Position numbers and translations under genes: made by a program. This document shows, piece after piece, positions 43,570 through 54,800 of a DNA stretch of 64,000 nt; positions within the stretch are counted from its first letter, which is position 1; each line of letters begins with the position of its first letter. The notes below the pieces were generated by a model. That model saw only the letters and a program-made list of their open reading frames with translations, was not told where the DNA came from and made no database searches. Origin of the DNA: Trichoplax adhaerens (Eukaryota; Animalia; Placozoa); assembly GCF_000150275.1 (NCBI RefSeq), contig NW_002060943.1, positions 4,484,008 through 4,548,007 on the forward strand, read 5' to 3'.

Positions 43570-44663
43570 AATAGGGATGATTATTCTCGCAAATTACGGA
43601 CTACATGATGAGAATTTCTGATTTAAAGGAACACTTAAGAGGTGAGGGATTGCAAAATGCAAACTATCGATTATAATCACTACCAATAATGTGCAGGCAG
43701 ACTATTCTGCTGTGTTGTATTCGGATAACGTACCCAACGTACTCGCAAAACTGAACAAAATGGTTGCAGATAGCTAAAGAAATGTCCATTTCGACAACCC
43801 ACAGTAAAACAGCCTCCATAATTCTAGAATTTTTCTAGCAGAGAGACGTGGGAAAGTTTGAAAATAAATTGTCAAATGTGAATGAATAATGAAACCTAAA
43901 GTGGAGTCTTGAATCTTGAGGTCAAGATTTGACAGTTTTTACTATGGAATGCTAAACCTTTTGAAGATTTCTTTGTGAACTTTACCATATCATTGGCGGA
44001 TAGATCGTTTGCAGTCCTTTTCAATTCTCATAATCTCCCTCTATTACTGTAGCATGGACATCGAGGTAAGGGAAAAAACTCCTTTTTATGCTTTTGATCT
44101 GTATCTTAGCGCACATTTACAGCTGCCATCGATAAATCTGAGATAGCAGTAGATGAACTCGCACTTTCTACCAGAGTACTCAGTACAGAAATTTGTAATA
44201 AAGACCCATAGAGGTAAGAAACAACCTCTATNNNNNNNNNNNNNNNNNNNNNNNNNNNNNNNNNNNNNNNNNNNNNNNNNNTCTTGTATGGTAGATAGTA
44301 GAGACCATAGACTTGCAGAAGAATACCTGGAGTGAAACTCTTTTGGACGGACAGACATTTGACCTATTGTCATCTGGTCAACATATTGTATTCAACACTT
44401 GATTATTATAACCACTTGTAAAGAGTGCTTTAGTAAGGAGATAGTCGATTCTAAATTGGCTCATTTTTTCTAAATTAAGTAATTCTACATTGCATTCCAT
44501 TGCCTGTTGCTAAGCTCTGCTTGAAGTTAGTAACCTTAGATCATCAATGTTATTCAAATTAATACGAGTGATTTAGAAAACAGTCATGGAAGATCCATAC
44601 TGAGTACAGTAGCTATTTTTCGACCTCATCTGGTAAGGGAAGTCCGTCCATCCGAGAAGTGTG
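43570..44663 (+). pseudogene. Probable degraded HECT-domain E3 ubiquitin ligase fragment
   Basis: Motif-like pieces appear in HECT order across different frames, with stops: 'ELYHIIG' (about 43976), 'FYQS' (about 44166), 'TWSETLLDGQTFDLLSSGQHI' (44324-44387; compare F..DG...ELIPGG..I), 'IPLPVAKL' (about 44495) and 'WKIHTEY...SPSI' (44587-44652; compare DWKxHTxY...SPxI). The region is interrupted by the N gap. Confidence 0.45.
44232..44281. other. Assembly gap (50 N)
   Basis: Run of N bases. Confidence 0.99.
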
Positions 44664-44675
44664 ATGTGCTGTTAA

Positions 44676-45415
44676 GTGTACAGTACAGTACAGTGTACGG
44701 TACACAGACTAGACACCCTCTGTAATAAGGGTCTCTATCGTACAGTACGCTAGAGCCTCTTTAAAGAGAGACATGACAATCTGTTGTTATAATAGACGAC
44801 AACTGTCCTCTCTAGAGACCCTTAAGTTAATGTACACTTGTACAGACAAGCGAAAGGAAACCTGGATTGTTCCAACCAGTGCTCCGTACAATCCTATTGT
44901 TGGCTCCAACCAGAGACTAATATCAGCACTGAAAACTAAAAAAAGAAGTTGCGTAGTCCTAGTCCGTACTCTCACCTAAATGAGTACAGTACTGGCTGCT
45001 TGCAGTACTGACAGAGTACAGTACAGCTGTACAGTACAGTACTGAACTGACTGAGTACCGTACTGACTGAAATTTCACTTAATAATGTACTGTACACTGT
45101 ACAGTACTGTAGAGTCAAATTATTTTAAGTAGAGTTTAACGTATAAATTGATATTTTTACAATTTTTATTACGATGTTTGAATTTTGAATTATCTAGGCT
45201 ATCAATTGATACCAAATTTGTCTAATTTTGTCTTGAAATTATGTTTCCATATTATTTCAATCAGACGGAATTTTTTGGAGTGTCTTCTTTTAGTACTGTA
45301 CTGTACAGTACTGTACTGTACTGTACTGTGTAGAGTGTACTGTACAGTGTACAGTACTGTACTGTACTGTACTGTACTGTACTGTAGGGTGAAGTTTAAA
45401 TTCTACAGTACTATG
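44676..45415. repeat. ACTGT/ACAGT pentanucleotide microsatellite clusters (about 44676-44706, 44983-45112 and 45293-45385)
   Basis: Visible directly, e.g. GTACTGTACTGTACAGTACTGTACTGTACTGTACTGTG... Both orientations are interleaved. Confidence 0.95.
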
Positions 45416-45781
45416 TCTTGCTTTCCCGACCGTTGCTCCAAATGAGCTGGCGGACCATTTAAAAAATAAAAAATATAAATAAAATAATTAATTATACAAT
45501 ATATACTGTACCGTGTACGGTGCGTATAGTAATATCGTTAAGGTACAGTACATTGATTGTATGTTATAGTTATAATTTACATTAGTGTATTCAAAATCGA
45601 TTTCCCTTGGTGTACAAGTATACTGTGTATTAGTGACTGACGACTGTATTCGTTATTTTTTAGATGTTGAGATATCAATGTTGCCCAGCTGTTCAATTTC
45701 ATAAGTAATTTTACAAGTGCAGACCTTGGATACCGCTGAAATTAACATCAAAAGGAGCTAAATCTTGGCTTTTATTTAATC

Positions 45782-48700
45782 ATGCAATTTGATCGATTTG
45801 GATTTGCTATTTATGGAAATACGGAAGAATCGCAGGACGACATTCGATATCATGATTATGAGTTAGTGAAAGAAAGATGAATGACGAATGCATTATAAAT
45901 ATCTTCAACTCTTAACTTGCATAAAAGTATATTAATTTTCAAGATTAACTCGATTATGCCAATTAGTACCGCTGTAGGATAATGTTTAGGCCTGATAAGG
46001 TTAGATGTATACGGGCACAAGTATTAATTACAGTAAATGGGATAGACAAAAAAAGAATTGCCATCGGCCGTACCATATCTCATGCAGTATGCAATGTCAG
46101 GATGCATAGATACATGGATACGTTCAAAACGAATTGTATAGTTATTGATTAATTCGACTTCCGATAGAAGCAATAGTAAAGCTTAAGATCGAGTTTACAA
46201 TAATCATATTGTTACCGTCGATGTAATGAAGACGGATAGTGATGATAACTTTCAAAGATAAGTGGCTATAGAAATCCGTTCCTATCCCTACCTCATCAGA
46301 TGAAGTAGTCTACTACTTTCTAACAATTGCATCCATTTCTTAACTTTACCACAGAAATGATAATTACTTGTATAAACTTGTTGGCTGTGTGGTAATATAT
46401 AAGGTTATGCTATAAACTTTTCAGAATTATATATACGTATTAAACAATTGCATCAATTTTATTAGTGAAGGAAGCGTTGATTCCAATTTTTTAACAACAC
46501 AACGTGTTTGGGAGAAAATAGTCAACAATTGGGAAAAATATACTAATGGATCTCCTAATAAAGTCAGTACCAAACAATCGATATCGCTGGTTATTAGAGA
46601 CGTGCTTTCTAACCTATAATAAAATTGAGTAAAGTGACATTGGATATCAGTAGATGCTTATTAATGACTGTCATATCTTACAGTTGAGGACGCATATTAA
46701 GCGTGGTATTCCAGATACATATCGATCAACCGTTTGGCAATTACTACTGGGCAGTAATTTCCTGATGTGTAATTCGGACTTCGATTATCAAGTTTGTAAT
46801 TGATGACTTCTATAATTGATTAGATTGCATTTTTATGTACAGTATATGTTGATTTGAATCCTTCAATTATTTTGCTTGCATTCATACGATATTGATAGGA
46901 AATGGTGAAAATGGTTTATCACGACTTAGTTGATGTAAATATTAGTGAGTATTGCATCGATCATGCAATTATTACCCTATCCAAATATGAATGTAAGTTA
47001 ACATATACTGGCCAGCTTGAACCATCATAACCTCTAAACCACAATTATTAAATTTAATGTACAAGTGACTATCGTTTCAGGCTCGTCTTCTATAGAATCT
47101 TCGAATATGACGGCGAAAACTGCAGCTCGCATTTCCATCATGAGACAAATTATGGTGGATATAGGTAATTGTGAATACCATCCGTGCTGAATTATTTAAG
47201 GGCATTGCATTCAGTGATTGTCATACCTTGCAAACTGTAAATTAAAATTTAAATAATCCTTATCTTGGTACATAGGACGTTCGTTTCCTACCCATCGAAA
47301 ATTTATGGGTGATCTAGCTGAAGGCAAGGAAGGAAGAGCTCAGTTATTTAGACTTCTAATGGTCTACGCATTGTACAATCCTTCTATCGGTTACTGCCAA
47401 GGTAGTAATATAAAATTCAAGGCATTAAATTTGGGGCAAAATTTTAGATAGAATCTTGACTGAAATGTAATGTACTAGTTTTATATTTGATATTCATTGT
47501 GTATGAACATTATCTAGGTATGGCATTTATCGCCGGTATGTTGCTAATGCACATGAACGAAGAGGTAGTGAATGTGAATGGATAAATGATTATCCTGTTA
47601 AAATCTTGCTATGATTCCAGATAATTTAGGCTAACTTTATTTTATTGAGGATGCTTTTTGGTCAATGGTGTCGTTATTTGAAAAATCGAAATATCTTAGA
47701 GGATATTTTGATAAATCTCTATCGCGGTATGCTCAACTATCATTTGCATTTAGTGATATACTATTCGAGTGACAATGTGTCATTAAAAGCCATATTAGAA
47801 GCTCTTGAAGAAGTTTTTGAACCATAACGTAATATTTAACTAATTAAATCATTTGAACAGGATTCACCGAAATGCGGAAGTCTTTTGGCGTATTCTTGAA
47901 CAAAAAATGCCTAAACTATGGCATCATCTTGTATGAAACATAATTTTATGTCTGATAGAATTGTAGCTTAATTATTTATCATTTTATGAATTTAACTCGT
48001 TTTTTTATAGGACGATATGAAAATTCACCCTCTTATGTTTATAACTCAATGGTTTATGACTCTTTATACTAGCCTTCCATGCTGGGATACTGTATTATGC
48101 ATTTGGGATATGACACTTTTTGAAGGTAACTATAACGATGCAGACTAATGTGCAAGTACTTTGCTTAAAATAGGTTCTGTATTGTTTGATCTATGCTTTA
48201 TCATTAAATTTATTAGGAACAAATAATTAATTCTTCATACATTAATGCTTGTACATTTTTTAGGAACTTCGACTTTATTTCGTATTGCAATTACCATTAT
48301 GATGCAGTTAGAAGGTATTCCACGATAACTCGTTCTAAAGAATCAGCGTCATTGTTGACGCTCCAGTATTGATTGCATGATTACCTTAGTATTACAACGT
48401 TTCTCAGTTTCAGAAATGAAAGGATTTCACCTTAATAAATCTTCTGTTTATTTAAAGTTGACGCTATTTTATAGCTTGTAAATAGTACTACACAAATTGG
48501 TGTTGCTCAATGTGTTTTCTAATTTGAACACAGACGAATTACTCGGAGCCACAAATTTAACTGATCTAATGCCATGTATTCTGAAAATTTCACCAAAAAT
48601 GTAAGTTATTCACGTTCACATTCTTAACTGCCAATTCCATATTACTCATTTATGAATATATTTGGTAATAGCGTTAAAAAATCAAAGTTTATACCGGCTG

Positions 48701-50162
48701 TGCGGAAGACCGTTCTCCCTGAATGGGAAATTGAAGCTGTGCAAGCAATTATCCATGAAGATAAAGCAGATGAAGGTATGCCACCAATCGTATTTTGTTC
48801 GTCATAAGTTAACAACATTATTTTAATCCAATTAATTTCAATTATGTAGTAGCGAAAAGGAAAAGGTTGGAACCAGAATTAGATGAGTTAGGTAGCAGGG
48901 ACAAGCGCAGTCGGATAGACGAAACCCAAGCTGTTGTTACAAGTAAGAAATAAAGAAATTTATTAGTCTAAATTATTTCTCGTTCCATGATATAATAACG
49001 TGATAGTGTAGTTATTATCGTGCAATTAACATAATTTAATATCTGGTATCATGCTATTATTAGGCGATAATCAAGTATCAGAGTCGAGTTTGCTTCAGAA
49101 GCTTGCAGGTATAATATCAGGAACTAAAGAAATAAAGAAGCATAAGGCGAGGAGAACTTCTCAAATCACCCCGAAAAGAAGACAAAATGATATCCGAAGG
49201 AGAAGGGCAAAACCTGTAATGATCGAAATGGTAAGATGATGTATTGTCCTTGAATAATTAATTATTCACTAAATAAGACAAGCTACTTCAATCGCTGTAT
49301 ACTTTAAACAAAAAATGAAAATTTACTCACGGTTTTATGACCATTAGAAAAACTTAGGAAACGTGAAAGTGGATAATTTAGCATCAAATGTATCGATGCT
49401 GAACAATCCATTGTATAGTGATGCTAAGTCTCGGAGCATAAATAATCAAGAGAATACGTTCTCCTTCAGGAAAGAGCTCAATAATGACCAGTTATTCGTA
49501 AGTTATGCTCAGTCATTCTCAGTCAAATTTAAATTTTCTAAATAATCGAAATTTAATAAGACTGTGATATTGTATTTAAAAATAAATACGGAAGCCTAAC
49601 GCAAGTGCAGTAAAACCTGCAATTGGAAGGTAAGGATAGTATATTATTGCAATTGCAAGTTACTTCAAAATTTGGCGATATGTGATAAGTTATTTTAATT
49701 CTTTAAAGTACGGCTAGAGATAAGCTATCATTCAAAATTTTCAACACTCCTACTCCTTCGAGGCTAACACAAGTAAGTGACATTACTGAATCATATTGCA
49801 ATGAGGACAACATTCTGACGAATGGTCAACTCAAGTTAAGATGTTCATATTAATCACTAGTCCAGTACTTTGATACTATTTGCAAAGATAGACATTAGGG
49901 AAAACGCTCTATAAAGTGCTACAGTATAGTTAACTTTACTGATCATGACATGGAGATAGAATTGAACGATCTTTAATATGTGTTTTACATGCTATTTCAC
50001 CCTAACATTAATACACTTACTCATTTCTGATTTTAAATAAAGAAAACTGCTAGAAATGATTGGTTCTGTAGTTCAGCAATTACTAATTCACCAGACGTTG
50101 AAATGAGCGACTTCAACAAGCAAAGTGTGCGATTGAAGCTTGAACTTGAGAATGTAGACTAA
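45782..50162 (+). CDS. TBC-domain Rab GTPase-activating protein (TBC1D10/USP6NL/GRTP1-like group), multi-exon
   Basis: Spliced translation: MQFDRFGF... 'LRTHIKRGIPDTYRSTVWQLLL'... 'RQIMVDIGRSFPTH' (IxxDxxR arginine finger)... '[32 protein letters not shown]' (YxQ glutamine finger)... 'PLMFITQWFMTLYTSLPCWDTVLCIWD..LFEG..LFRIAI'. The last exon ends ...KLELENVD*, TAA at 50160-50162. C-terminal exons are less certain. Confidence 0.9.
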
Positions 50163-51297
50163 TGTAATCGGTTAATTAAATGCTAATATTCTAGCGTAGA
50201 TGTATACTTATAGCGATTTCTACTTAATACAAAATGTGGCGGTTAGAAGAGTTCCTGTCGTATCACTGCATTGCAGACAAAATCTGACATGTTGCAGGAC
50301 TCGAGCTGTTCTATTTGCTTATGACTTAGCCCGGAATTTTACCTTGCTGATATACAACAAAAATTTCAGCTAAAAAGTGTGTTGGATTTTATTTTGTTAG
50401 GCAGAGTTTGACGTCAATGTCTTGTAATCCTACAGTCATTGAGGTGCTTGTATCCCAATATATAATATTCTTAAATCTTAAATGCTTAGATTTTATACCT
50501 ATTTCTTCATGAATTTTTAATGTAAGACATAATGAACGAAGTTCATGCTGTAGATCAGCTTCATAAATAGCAATTGGTTGTGAACTTAAAAATTTCGTTG
50601 CGTACATAATATATAATATCATTACATTCTAAAAATAAAATGAACGCATGTATTCTTTAGTGATAACTTTCAGGTAAGGTTTCTTTACTGTGGAATTCCT
50701 AATTCAACGATAAATTGATTGAAATTGAAGTATGGCGTTATCAAGCGATATAATGTATCACAAAGTAATTGACGTCTACAGTATACGAGCTCATAACAGG
50801 ATTCAAATTCTCAGTATCATCGAAATCTAGTCAACTGTTTCGGATGAGTTTATTTGATCATGAACACTACATCATCTGCTCAATGTAACTTTCGCATAAA
50901 TTTTAATAAGACACTGAAGTTAGAGTTAATGTATGCTAAATAAAGATAAGATTAGCTACAACATAGAAAAACAGATCTTGAAAGGTGAACTCACCCTAAC
51001 TAAAACTAGGTGATTCGATCATGCATTTTGTCATCCTGCATTAAGCTAATTGTTATCTCGTGAATTGACTAATTAATGAATGAGCCAAAGTATTGACCGG
51101 TCTATTACATCATTTATCAACAATTTCATGTATCATGCTATGCTTATTTTAAAGTCACAAATCTTTTAGAATAAATTCAAATTCTGCATTACGGTGTATT
51201 TCATAGACACCAGCCATACCACTACCAAAAATAGCGTACCTTATGCATGCGTATCGTATTATGTTGACACAGGTAGTAATCGCATATTGACTGATCC

Positions 51298-51311
51298 GTT
51301 TCCATGGCAAC
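51298..51311. promoter_or_regulatory. RFX-binding X-box upstream of the CH-CH-ankyrin gene
   Basis: GTTTCC-AT-GGCAAC is one mismatch from the ideal GTTGCCATGGCAAC. It is followed by a donor-like CAG|GTAGT (about 51333) and the acceptor TTGTTTCAG| at 51819, just before the ATG at 51838. Confidence 0.8.
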
Positions 51312-51837
51312 ATAGAGTCTTACTCAATCGCAGGTAGTTTCTACCTTACAACAGTCATTTATCAGATATTAATATAATTTATAATTATTCTTACGCTTGA
51401 TTCATCGGATGAGTTAGCTTTTAAAACAACCAAATTCGAGAAAGCTCGAAAGCTTTATTAACCAAAAAGTACATTTAGTTTGCATAATAGGATTGCACTT
51501 CTATATTTTATAAAATTATCTGTTCATGATGAGCATAAAAATTTCATGATTTTTATGAGGTTTACGTAAAGACCATACTATAAACACACCATAAGGTAAG
51601 CTTTAAGTGTAACCTTCCTACCATCATAGAATTTACGATAGTTGTTATGTGAATAGCGTTTTACTTATGGTTACATAAATTTTAAGAGCCCTACGAGTAG
51701 TAATCCTAGAATATATCGCCAAATTGCACTAATATTATTTAAGAGACAGAGAGTATTATTATCATTATCATTGCATAACGTGAATAATTTGAAAATTAGA
51801 TAATAAAGAATTGTTTCAGGAAGTACATGTTGTAGCC

Positions 51838-54800
51838 ATGTCTGTTTTACGCTGCCGTTTAAATGGATTCTCGGCGTGGATTAATGTTCGATTACAGCCT
51901 TATGAGCACCAAATCAATAATGCCTTAACTGATCTTATGAAAGGAACTAATCTACACACATTTCTATTAAGTATGTAGTAATGTACTAATTACAGCTGTG
52001 CTAGAGATTATTTGGAGCAATAATTATAATTAAATCTCATCAATCGTAGCTCTTACTTTGCAGCTTTTTCGATTGTATATTTCAATAACTGTTTTTTATC
52101 ATAAATATACAAAGACTGATTCCTGAAATTCAATTACTTGATAGGTTTAACTGGTCGTAAGCCACGCAAAATCAAATCTTTCGAAAAGTATGCACAGTAG
52201 TATTTTAAAACTGGCTTACTATAGAATACTGATCTTCTTAATTTTATCTAGCCATCAGTGAAAATGGATAGCAGCTGTTGTTACATTATATATATAAGTC
52301 TAATTTAGATCATTTCAGTTCATTTCACTAACGACCAAAAGCATCAAATCCGGCTACTTTCATAAATTGGATTATAGAAATATTTACAAGAAGTTTAAGT
52401 CTACTTTATAATATAATTGTTAAGTAATGATATTAGAGAAAACGAGAACTTTCAGATGGGTCCGTATGCGAGTTAGTTATTAAAGTTATTACAGTTTAAA
52501 TCTAATATATGAATTTAATTTGGCAATCATAACTATAATTAGTCACGAACTAATACAGCTCATTACAGGCTAGACATAATTATGACTTCAAGAATTATAG
52601 TAAATTTTACCGTCCATTTTCAGTTTAATTAATGGCTCAGTGTAAAAATCTACTAATATTACAAGATATGTATGATAACTCTAGAAGAATTACAGTCAGT
52701 GTATCTAATGAATATGTTTAAAATTATTGGTAGACTAACAAAGTATCAAAAGGAAACTAGAATAGAATGGCTAATGGAAGAGCTTCTTCTCTTGTATGTA
52801 TAAAATAAGAATGGAAGATAAATGCTTTTTTAGCTGCAACTATCGCGTTATTTACGAGTATATTTATTCTATAGCGAAATTGTGCCGGATGACACAGTCG
52901 TTGATTGTAATTTATTTGTCCGCAAGAGCGCTGAGCAGGTAGAAATCATTCGATATATAACTTTACTTTGTTGCAGAAAAAATTTAAATGAATTATAATT
53001 GGTAAAAGTTAAACTATCGTTTCATATTTTATTGACTTAAAATATACAGAAGCTTCTTTTTTTGCCATGACTAAATCAAATCACGACATCAAATAAAACA
53101 TAATTATTTAATTAATTTACTAGATTTTCGATTTGCTATGGATGATTGTTAGCCAAGACATTTGGTTTCTATGGCAGCAAATGGATTTTTTACGCTCTAA
53201 TGATCCGAGAAAGTTAACGGTGACTCCACTATCGGTAGGACTATACCATTATAAACATTTTCTTACTTAAATTGCAAATACTTCCTCAAGGTTTTAAGCA
53301 GTTATTAGAAATTGAGCCTAGTTCATTTTTTTTAACAATAGTGGACACCTCCGGAACCCCCTCCACCGAGGCCACAATCTGCTCGAAAAATTTCATTACT
53401 ACAAGGATTTCGCTCTGCAGCATTCATAACGGAAGGAGAAGTTAAAGAATTCAACCCCGTTAGTCTGATACAATTACATTACAAATCTATAGCCTTAAAC
53501 TATCCTACTGACCTTTGATAACTAATTTATAAAATAAATAGTTGAATAAGAGACTTAATTATAGAAATGTAGTTCGGAGATTGTATTTGCAAATAAGCAT
53601 ATTACAGCAAAACCTTACTGGAATTGAAAAGATTTCTTTTAAATTTTTTGCGCCTATCTAGAAAGATCTCAAAGATGAAGAGTGCGACAGGTATGTATGC
53701 CCGTAATGAATTTCTGTCTAAAGCTTATTAATTCCGATGCTCATACTTTTAAAATATTAGCTTTTTCTTGATTGAGTACGAAATCATAAATATCAACTTT
53801 TTGATTTACTGTACTGTATGTTATTGTAACTGAATAATCGAGATAACTGTGGAATTTGATTTTTATTCAAATTATTGAATGCTTTTGTAAAGGCTTAGAC
53901 TATCTAGAAGGAAAGGAAACAGGTAAAAATTGCAATCTTTTATGCAAAAATTTAGCTCATGACGTACTATAGATCATGCTACCGATCATAAATTAACTTA
54001 AAGTACGAAATAAAGCAGAATCTCACTTCTGGTGGGCTGTCTTTGCTTAAAGATGCTTTAAATAAAATAAGTAAAGATTAAAAGAGTTAACAGAAGTTGT
54101 ATTGTTATAAGTACTAAGTGCAGCTTTGTATCTACGTCTTAATTTAAACAGAGACGAATACCCGTTTCCTGAAGAATGTGTCATTGATCTTATAAATAAT
54201 CAACTAAAAGTAAGCTACGAATGGTTAATTTTAAGTTAACATAAATTATCGAAATAGTAATTAGCAATGAAACAGTATGAATTATTAAGATAAATAGGCA
54301 CAAATTATGATAATTGACAGCTAATTTAACTACTTTGAGGGTAATTGATTATCATTAACCACTGACTTATTTATTGTTTTAAAAATATTCGTAGTTAACA
54401 AGGGAAGGCAAAAAATTAAAAATAGAAGTAAGTTTAGTGAAGTAAGCATTGAAATATATTCGAATTATTATCAGAGATAATATTTTCTTCCCTTGTATAA
54501 TTGTAGGCATTGAATGAGTTAGCAGATGGAAGGTAATGTAAAATTAACGTTCATTTAGCTGAAATATCATAATCTTACGCTAACGAAATTGTGTCTCTTA
54601 ATGTACTGGTTATATATAGGATACTATGTGCTTTGGTCAATTCTTTTGTACCCGGGACTTTCACAACTGAGGTTTTGCTTAACGATAGGTATGACTAGCC
54701 CATATGAATTTTATGCAAAACAATCTACATTCTGAAATAGCTTGTCATTTTATTAAAGCTTAACAATTAAGTTTTCTTCTGTAAATAAAGGTGGTCTATG

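Noticed and set aside
44721-44930. Possible solo LTR (TGTAA...CA)
   Set aside because: No target-site duplication, primer-binding site or polypurine tract could be identified.
45185-45445. ORF with YCTVL repeats
   Set aside because: It is simply a translation of the ACTGT microsatellite.
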